Shown here piece after piece: positions 25,384-32,000 of a stretch of 32,000 nt of DNA. The stretch's first letter is position 1; every line of letters begins with the position of its first letter. Made by a program: the position numbers and the translations under genes. Below the pieces are notes generated by a model. The model made no database searches. It was given only the letters and a program-made list of their open reading frames with translations, and was not told the origin of the DNA. Source of the stretch: a cyanobacterium endosymbiont of Braarudosphaera bigelowii (GTDB taxonomy: Bacteria; Cyanobacteriota; Cyanobacteriia; Cyanobacteriales; Microcystaceae); contig NZ_AP024987.1 in NCBI RefSeq assembly GCF_020885515.1, positions 360,001-392,000 of the forward strand. Reading direction: 5' to 3'.

Positions 25384-25629
25384 AAAATATCATAAACTCA
25401 ACATATTAAAGATCAGATAAAGTACCATAAAAAATAGTCTAGTTTTGCAAAGATAACTTAATCTTCCTTTTTACGGAATTTCTAACTGAATGATATACAT
25501 AAAAAAGTATAAGTATTAGTAAATAGAAAACGTAAACTAACATTTATACTTTAGGACGGCTATTAATAATAAAAGTAAATAATATATATTATTATTTTGC
25601 TAGACGAACTCATAAAATTATTCGTAAGT

Positions 25630-28230
25630 TCATTTGACAAATACAAAATTAATTAATTTTTGAGGAACTATAATAATCTTTTTAATTTCTCTTTTGTCTA
25701 GCAAACGTTTACCAGTTTCTGAATTACGTACTAACTTTTCTAGCTCATCATTAGTAACACTTGCTGGAGCTTGAATAGTTCCTTTCGTTTTCCCCATAGC
25801 TTGAATTACTATAGTAACTTCATCTAAAATTAAAGCTTCATTATTAACTGTTGGCCATTTCTGTAGATGAATCGATTCTTTATACCCTAGATTATGCCAC
25901 AACTCTTCAGAAATATGAGGGGCAAAAGGTGACAGCAATATCAAGAGGGTGACTACACCTTCTTGATATATTGAAGAGTTAACATCTTTAAAATCATTAA
26001 GTATGTTACTTAACTTCATTAATTCTGCGACTGCCGTATTGAATTGATAATTTTCTTCTAAATCTTGAGATATATCTTTAATGATTGTATGGATAAAGCG
26101 TTTTAAATCTTTCTCGTCTTTAGTTAATATTTCATTTTTGACTATATTAACCCTATTTTTTATATGCGATCTGACTAGACGCCATACTCTATTTAAGAAG
26201 CGAAACTGTCCCTCAACATCTGAACTACTCCACTCTAAATCCTTTTCTGGAGGTGCTTTAAATAATATGAACATTCTAGCGGTATCTGCTCCATATTTTC
26301 CTAATACCTCTTGTGGGTCTACCCCATTATATTTAGATTTAGACATTTTCTCATAAAAAACTTCTAGAACATCTCCTGTACTAGGATCTATTGGATTTTC
26401 AGGATTTACTTGATTGAGAGGAATATATTTACCTGTTTTTAAATTTTTATATGTTATTCCTTGAACCATTCCTTGTGTTAGAAGATTTTGAAAAGGTTCA
26501 CTTACATCTATTAGTTTTTGATCTTTCAAAAATTTTGTAAAGAAGCGAGAATATAGAAGATGCAAGATTGCATGCTCAACTCCTCCCACATATTGATCTA
26601 CTGGCATCCAATAATTAACTTTATTAGAATTAAATATTTCTTGAGAGTTTGTAGAATCGGTATATCTTAAATAATACCAAGATGAATCAATAAATGTATC
26701 CATTGTATCTGTTTCGCGTTTTGCAGGGCTGCCACAGTTAGGACAGGTAACATTAACCCATTCTTCCAAACTAGCTAAAGGAGAACTTCCACGTCCAGTA
26801 AATTCTACGTCTTTTGGTAATTCTACTGGTAAATTAGAATCAGGAATAGCTACGCTACCACAGTTAGAGCAATGAATAATAGGAATGGGACAACCCCAAT
26901 AACGTTGGCGAGAAATTAACCAATCTCTTAATCGATATTGTATTTTAGCTTCTCCAATAGAATTTTTCTTTGCATACTCAGTAACAGCAGCTTTTGCATC
27001 TTCTGAAAGCATTCCGTTAAATTGTTTAGAATTAACTATAATACCTGTATCTACATAAGCTTCTTCCAAAGGTGACTGAGCAGTCTCCTTCAAATCAAAA
27101 TCTTTGGGAATAACAACAACTTTAATAGGTAGTTGATTTTCTTTAGCAAATTTAAAATCACGATTATCATGAGCTGGAACTCCCATCACTGCTCCTGTTC
27201 CATAATCAACAAGTACATAACTTGCTATAAATACAGGTATTTCTTCACCATTAAAAGGATTAATTACTTTTGCTCCTATAAAAATTCCTTTTAGTGGTTT
27301 ATTGTCTGCAGTACGCTCAATTTCACTTTCATTAATTATTTCTTCAATAAATTCTTTTATTTTTTCTTTATATTCTGACTTAGATATTTTTGGTACCAAA
27401 GGATTTTCTGGCGCTAAGACTAGGTATGTTACGCCGTGGATAGTATCAGGACGAGTAGTGAAAACAGATATACTTTCTTCAGTATCTTTTATAGGGAATT
27501 TTATATATGCTCCTAAAGACTTACCTATCCAATTTTCTTGCATTAGCTTCACACTTTCAGGCCACCCTTTTAAAGTGTCGAGATCATTCAACAAATGATC
27601 AGCGTAATCGGTAATTTTCAAGAACCATTGACATAAAAGCTTTTTTTCTACCTTAGCACCTGAACGCCAGGAATACCCTTCTGCATCTACTTGTTCATTT
27701 GCCAAAACAGTTTGATCAATAGGATCCCAATTAACAGTTGCTTCTTTTTGATAAGCTAATCCAGCTCTATAAAGTTTTAAAAATAACCATTGTGTCCATT
27801 TGTAATAATCAGGTGAACAAGTTGTTATTTCTCTTTCCCAATCTATAGATAGTCCTAATGTTTGAAGCTGTTGCCTCATTTTTGCAATATTTTTCTTTGT
27901 CCATTCTTCAGGAGAAATACCATTATCAATAGCCGCATTCTCAGCTGGAAGTCCAAAAGCATCCCATCCCATAGGATGTAAAACAGAATATCCTTGCAAT
28001 CTTTTAAAACGAGCAATTACGTCAGTAATCACGTAATTTCGTACATGGCCCATATGTAAATTACCAGAAGGATAAGGAAACATTGATAAAGCATAGAATT
28101 TTTGTCTTCTACTATTTTCTAAAGTTTTATCTAATCCTTGCGTAATCCATTCTTGTTGCCATTTCTTTTCAATTTCTGCTGGTTTATACTGAAATTCCAC
28201 TACTATTTCTTTATCATTAAAATTTATCAT
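25630..28230 (-). CDS. leuS: Leucine--tRNA ligase
   Basis: Class Ia synthetase: [11 protein letters not shown] (HIGH motif), KMSKSK, a CP1 editing domain, and a zinc-finger-like block CSNCGS...CPNCGS. An alternative GTG start 10 codons in is possible. Confidence 0.95.
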   Translation of the reverse strand: MINFNDKEIVVEFQYKPAEIEKKWQQEWITQGLDKTLENSRRQKFYALSMFPYPSGNLHMGHVRNYVITDVIARFKRLQGYSVLHPMGWDAFGLPAENAAIDNGISPEEWTKKNIAKMRQQLQTLGLSIDWEREITTCSPDYYKWTQWLFLKLYRAGLAYQKEATVNWDPIDQTVLANEQVDAEGYSWRSGAKVEKKLLCQWFLKITDYADHLLNDLDTLKGWPESVKLMQENWIGKSLGAYIKFPIKDTEESISVFTTRPDTIHGVTYLVLAPENPLVPKISKSEYKEKIKEFIEEIINESEIERTADNKPLKGIFIGAKVINPFNGEEIPVFIASYVLVDYGTGAVMGVPAHDNRDFKFAKENQLPIKVVVIPKDFDLKETAQSPLEEAYVDTGIIVNSKQFNGMLSEDAKAAVTEYAKKNSIGEAKIQYRLRDWLISRQRYWGCPIPIIHCSNCGSVAIPDSNLPVELPKDVEFTGRGSSPLASLEEWVNVTCPNCGSPAKRETDTMDTFIDSSWYYLRYTDSTNSQEIFNSNKVNYWMPVDQYVGGVEHAILHLLYSRFFTKFLKDQKLIDVSEPFQNLLTQGMVQGITYKNLKTGKYIPLNQVNPENPIDPSTGDVLEVFYEKMSKSKYNGVDPQEVLGKYGADTARMFILFKAPPEKDLEWSSSDVEGQFRFLNRVWRLVRSHIKNRVNIVKNEILTKDEKDLKRFIHTIIKDISQDLEENYQFNTAVAELMKLSNILNDFKDVNSSIYQEGVVTLLILLSPFAPHISEELWHNLGYKESIHLQKWPTVNNEALILDEVTIVIQAMGKTKGTIQAPASVTNDELEKLVRNSETGKRLLDKREIKKIIIVPQKLINFVFVK

Positions 28231-28477
28231 TGTTAATTATCTCTGATTTTTGGAACAATCTATAAAAATTTGGAATATCAATTTATCTATAATATTTTTT
28301 TTAAATTTTAAATCTATGCAATAACTTGATCAACATAGCTAGCTATAATAATACAAATGTTTTCTCCCTTATTATTAATATCCTATTTAAAAAATATTAG
28401 TAGTTAAAATATCCAACATGAAGTAATATATTTAATATCTTCTAAATTTTGGTTTGTAAACACCATCAATTAACTTT

Positions 28478-28525
28478 ATATAAACATTAGTAATTTTTCT
28501 TTAAAAAAGTTACTAATGTTTATAT
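28478..28525. repeat. 16-bp perfect inverted repeat (21 bp with one mismatch) in the divergent leuS / helicase promoter region
   Basis: atataaacattagtaa (28478-28493) and ttactaatgtttatat (28510-28525). The inner ttttt/aaaaa extends the pairing past one T/G position. Confidence 0.8.
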
Positions 28526-28609
28526 CAAAAATTCTACAAGTCATTTACGAGTTTTTATCTTACAATGTAATTGAATTTTGATCTTTAATGGATTAATGTG
28601 TGATTTTGA

Positions 28610-31519
28610 GTGAAACAATTTTCAGATTCTCTTCAACTAAATATTAAAAACCTATTTCCGTTTCGGTTAGATAAATTTCAACAAGATTCTATTACTGCTT
28701 TAAATAAAGGAAAATCTGTCGTCATATGTGCTCCTACTGGTTCAGGTAAGACACTCATTGGCGAATATGCTATTTATCGTGCATTAAATCTTAAGCAAAG
28801 AGTTTTCTACACCACACCTCTCAAAGCTCTTTCTAATCAAAAATTCCGAGATTTTCGAGAAAAATTTGCTACCAAAAATGGAAAAATCAATGAAAGTATG
28901 GTGGGGTTAATTACAGGAGATACTGTACTAAATCCAAGTGCTTCTATTGTCATAATGACTACTGAAATATTCCGTAATATGCTTTATGAAACTCCTATAG
29001 GAGAGGTAGGAACATCGTTGGAAAATGTTGCTACAGTAGTTTTAGATGAGTGTCATTATATTAGTAATCGTGGTCGTGGAACAGTTTGGGAAGAATCTAT
29101 TATTTATTGTCCACCAAATATCCAATTAGTTGCTCTTTCTGCAACTATTGGTAATCCTCAAGAATTGACTGAATGGATTAATCAAGTACGAACATCTTTT
29201 TCTAATACAAATTCTGAAAAAAGTTTAATTAGCTTATGTAAACTAATTAACTCAGATTTTCGACCAGTACCTCTACGATTTTATTTTAGCCAACGGAATG
29301 GCTTGTTTCCTCTTTTAAATTCTGAGAAGTCTACTTTAAATCCACTTTTAAAATATCAAGTCTCAAAAGATAAACAAAAACGTGCTAAAAGGGGAGATTG
29401 TCCTGATCCCTTAACAGTTGTTAAACAGCTTTACCTAAGAAAGCTATTACCATCCATCTATATTATTTTTAGTCGTCGTGAATGTGATAAAGCTGTGCAA
29501 GCATTGCATAGTCTTATGCTTGTCTCTCCTGAAGAAGCCCATACATTGCAATATAACTTACTTATCTTTTTTTTGGCAGATAGTCCAAATCTACAAAAAA
29601 GTCTTTTAAAAATTATAGCCTTAGAAAATTTAACACTATATAAAGGATTAAAAGATTTTTTAAAAACTTTTTCAGCCCACTCTTTGTTATTTTCTTATCT
29701 AGCTAATAATAATGACTCTAAAATTTACTTATTTCAAGTACTTGCTGACTTATGTAATTTAGTTAGAGCAGATCAGCTTGAACCCTTAACAAGAGGCATT
29801 GCAGCTCATCATGCTGGTATTTTACCAGCATGGAAAGAATTAATAGAACAACTTTTTGAGGCAGGACTAGTTAAAGTAGTATTTGCTACAGCCACTTTAT
29901 CAGCAGGAATTAATATGCCTGCGAGAACGACAGTGATCTCTACTTTATCAAGACGTATAGATACTGGCCATAGCATGTTGACTTCCTCTGAATTTTTGCA
30001 GATTGCTGGTCGGGCAGGTCGTCGAGGAATGGACAAAGTAGGACATGTAGTAGTTGTTCAGACAATTTTTGAAGGACCAGCAGAAGCTGCTTATCTTGCT
30101 ACCTCACAATCTGAATCTCTTGAAAGTTGTTTTACACCTTCTTATGGTATGGTATTGAACTTATTGCAAAAGCATACAATTCAAGAAACAAAAGATCTTT
30201 TAGAAAAAAGTTTTGCTGAATATTTAGCTAAATTAAAATTAAGACCAGAACAACAGGAAATTATCTATTTAAATACAGAATTAAAAAAACTAGATATTCA
30301 GTTAAGAGATGTTAAAGAAAAAGATATCTTAAAGTATGAGACCATAAATACTTGTTTAAAAGAAGAAAAAAGACTTTTAAAGATCTTACATTATCAAAAC
30401 AAGAAGAAACGGAAAAAAGAAATCTCTACCCAGATAAAAAAACTAAGTCCAGGAGATTTACTATATCTTAAGAATCAGAAACTAAAACTTCCAACTTCTT
30501 GTTTAGCTACTGTTGTTACTTTGGTTTCTTTAGATCAAAATATTAACTTACTTTGCTTAGGGAATGATAATTACTGGTATTTAGTTAAACAAGAAGATAT
30601 TGCTAGTATTTGTAACCTTTCTTTACCTACTTTTTTAATAGATAAATTAAAACTTCCTGATATAGAACAACTCTCTTTTGGAAGGGGACCTAAAGGTGAT
30701 TGTACCTGTCTTGAAGTGCATCAAGCAATGAAGAAATACAAGCTTCATAGTATCATTCCACAAGAGATAAGTAATCAACAAAACAAAATTAATGATATTG
30801 AAAAATCTTTAAAAAGTGTTTTTTCTATTAATAGAAAAAACACTGCACAATTATTTAAATCTTATTATGAAAGACTAGAATTGAAAGAAAAATTATATTC
30901 TAAACAAATTAAATTTCAAAAATTACAATCTAATCGTTCATATTACTGGCAAGAATTTCTTAATTTAATAGAAGTTTTACGCGATCTTGGCGCTTTGGAA
31001 AACTATACTCCTACAGTATTGGGGCAAGCTACTGCTACCCTTCGGGGAGAAAATGAGTTGTGGTTAGGAATAGTATTCATGTCAGGAATATTGGATAATT
31101 TACATTCTCATCATTTAGCAGGATTAGTTAGTGCAATGATTACAGAAACGTTACGTCCTGACACTTGGACAAATTATTTACCATCCCCAGAGGTACTAAG
31201 TATACTTAGCAGCTCTGAAGATAATACGATTAATATTAATAAAATTTATGATTTATTAAATAAAGTACAAAAACGTTATCAAATAACAATTCCTATTTAC
31301 TTAGAGTTAAAACTAATAGGGTTAGTAGAGGGATGGGCTTTAGGAGAAGATTGGCAAGATTTATGTAAAAATACCAGCTTGGATGAAGGGGATTTAGTAC
31401 GTTTGCTAAGACGCACAATTGATTTATTATCTCAAATACCTCATACACCAGGTCTCTCTATTTCTTTAATTCAAAATGCAGAGAAAGCAGTAATTCAATT
31501 AAAAAGATTTCCTGTATAA
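28610..31519 (+). CDS. Ski2-like DExH-box RNA helicase with a C-terminal DSHCT-like domain
   Basis: Motif I APTGSGKT, motif II VLDECHY, motif III SATIGN, HHAGILP, motif V TATLSAGINMPART, motif VI QIAGRAGRRGMD. The C-terminus GWALGEDWQDLCKNTSLDEGDLVRLLRRTIDLLSQI is DSHCT-like. It starts at GTG. Confidence 0.88.
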   Translation: MKQFSDSLQLNIKNLFPFRLDKFQQDSITALNKGKSVVICAPTGSGKTLIGEYAIYRALNLKQRVFYTTPLKALSNQKFRDFREKFATKNGKINESMVGLITGDTVLNPSASIVIMTTEIFRNMLYETPIGEVGTSLENVATVVLDECHYISNRGRGTVWEESIIYCPPNIQLVALSATIGNPQELTEWINQVRTSFSNTNSEKSLISLCKLINSDFRPVPLRFYFSQRNGLFPLLNSEKSTLNPLLKYQVSKDKQKRAKRGDCPDPLTVVKQLYLRKLLPSIYIIFSRRECDKAVQALHSLMLVSPEEAHTLQYNLLIFFLADSPNLQKSLLKIIALENLTLYKGLKDFLKTFSAHSLLFSYLANNNDSKIYLFQVLADLCNLVRADQLEPLTRGIAAHHAGILPAWKELIEQLFEAGLVKVVFATATLSAGINMPARTTVISTLSRRIDTGHSMLTSSEFLQIAGRAGRRGMDKVGHVVVVQTIFEGPAEAAYLATSQSESLESCFTPSYGMVLNLLQKHTIQETKDLLEKSFAEYLAKLKLRPEQQEIIYLNTELKKLDIQLRDVKEKDILKYETINTCLKEEKRLLKILHYQNKKKRKKEISTQIKKLSPGDLLYLKNQKLKLPTSCLATVVTLVSLDQNINLLCLGNDNYWYLVKQEDIASICNLSLPTFLIDKLKLPDIEQLSFGRGPKGDCTCLEVHQAMKKYKLHSIIPQEISNQQNKINDIEKSLKSVFSINRKNTAQLFKSYYERLELKEKLYSKQIKFQKLQSNRSYYWQEFLNLIEVLRDLGALENYTPTVLGQATATLRGENELWLGIVFMSGILDNLHSHHLAGLVSAMITETLRPDTWTNYLPSPEVLSILSSSEDNTININKIYDLLNKVQKRYQITIPIYLELKLIGLVEGWALGEDWQDLCKNTSLDEGDLVRLLRRTIDLLSQIPHTPGLSISLIQNAEKAVIQLKRFPV

Positions 31520-31554
31520 ATTCAAGAAAGTATATTTTCATAGTCTCTTCAGTT

Positions 31555-32000
31555 TTAATAAGGATGAAAATATTTATAAATCTCTTTCGCTAAAGAATAG
31601 CCTATCCCTGGAACTTTTTTTAAATCCTCAATAGAAGCTTCTCTAATATAATCAACGGAGTGAAAAAACAAAAGAAGTTCTTTTTGCCTTCGAAGTCCTA
31701 AACCAGATATATTATCTAATTGAGAAGAAAGACTTTGCTTAATACGTCGTTGACGATGATAGTTAATAGCAAAACGGTGTGCTTCATCTCTGATTTTTCT
31801 TAATAACTTTAAACCTGGCTGTTCTGAATCAGTTATTAAAGAGTCAGTATTTCCTGGCAGAAATATTTCTTCGTGTTTTTTTGCTAAGCTAATAACTTTT
31901 AATAAAGGAAAAAGTTTCATGTCTTTTAAAACTTTCACTACTGTAGAAAGTTGCCCTTTACCACCATCAATTAGAATTAAGTTTGGGTAATCTTCTAATT
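31555..32000 (-). CDS. uvrC: Excinuclease ABC subunit C, C-terminal part (the gene continues beyond the window)
   Basis: The frame stays open upstream of the tracked GTG and reads [24 protein letters not shown] (UvrC endonuclease-domain motif). It then reads [16 protein letters not shown] and a C-terminal (HhH)2 block [15 protein letters not shown]. Confidence 0.9.
   Translation of the reverse strand, partial: LEDYPNLILIDGGKGQLSTVVKVLKDMKLFPLLKVISLAKKHEEIFLPGNTDSLITDSEQPGLKLLRKIRDEAHRFAINYHRQRRIKQSLSSQLDNISGLGLRRQKELLLFFHSVDYIREASIEDLKKVPGIGYSLAKEIYKYFHPY

Noticed and set aside
31555-31938. Stand-alone 127-aa gene as drawn in the ORF track
   Set aside because: The frame is open upstream to the window edge and encodes the Uvr[14 protein letters not shown] motif. 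The tracked M is an internal GTG (Val) of uvrC.

Overview
This window reads as core housekeeping chromosome from a strongly AT-rich cyanobacterium. I found no convincing novel multi-gene system. Annotated genes: a complete minus-strand rRNA operon (promoter, leader, 16S, tRNA-Ile, 23S, 5S, terminator) and about 20 protein genes. Cofactor and isoprenoid genes: chlI, menG/ubiE, dxr. Glycolysis: gap, pgk. tRNA synthetases: asnS, leuS. Redox and stress: gloA and a CGFS-glutaredoxin plus BolA pair. RNA metabolism: an RNB exoribonuclease and a Ski2-like DSHCT helicase. Others: an OmpR-type response regulator, two periplasmic solute-binding proteins (PotD-like, TRAP DctP-like), DUF445 and PRC-barrel proteins, and the 3' part of uvrC at the right edge. 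I saw no transposase, integrase, phage gene, CRISPR array, toxin-antitoxin pair or recognisable defence gene. Context: cyanobacterial-type genes, very AT-rich coding DNA and unusually long ORF-free spacers (about 0.25 to 1 kb) suggest a reduced-genome unicellular cyanobacterium or endosymbiont. A UCYN-A / Crocosphaera-Cyanothece-clade relative is my best guess, and it is not verifiable without a database search. Items worth a second look are small-scale. (1) A tandem 37-bp unit in which both hairpin loops are inverted between the copies. (2) Several long perfect AT-rich inverted repeats, two of them in divergent promoter regions. (3) An RNB exoribonuclease that lacks the usual CSD/S1 domains and carries two dsRBD-like C-terminal modules. 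(4) Two solute-binding protein genes with no transporter membrane partner in the window. (5) A 1-kb ORF-free divergent spacer. Coordinates of RNA ends and hairpins were read by eye and may be off by a few bases.
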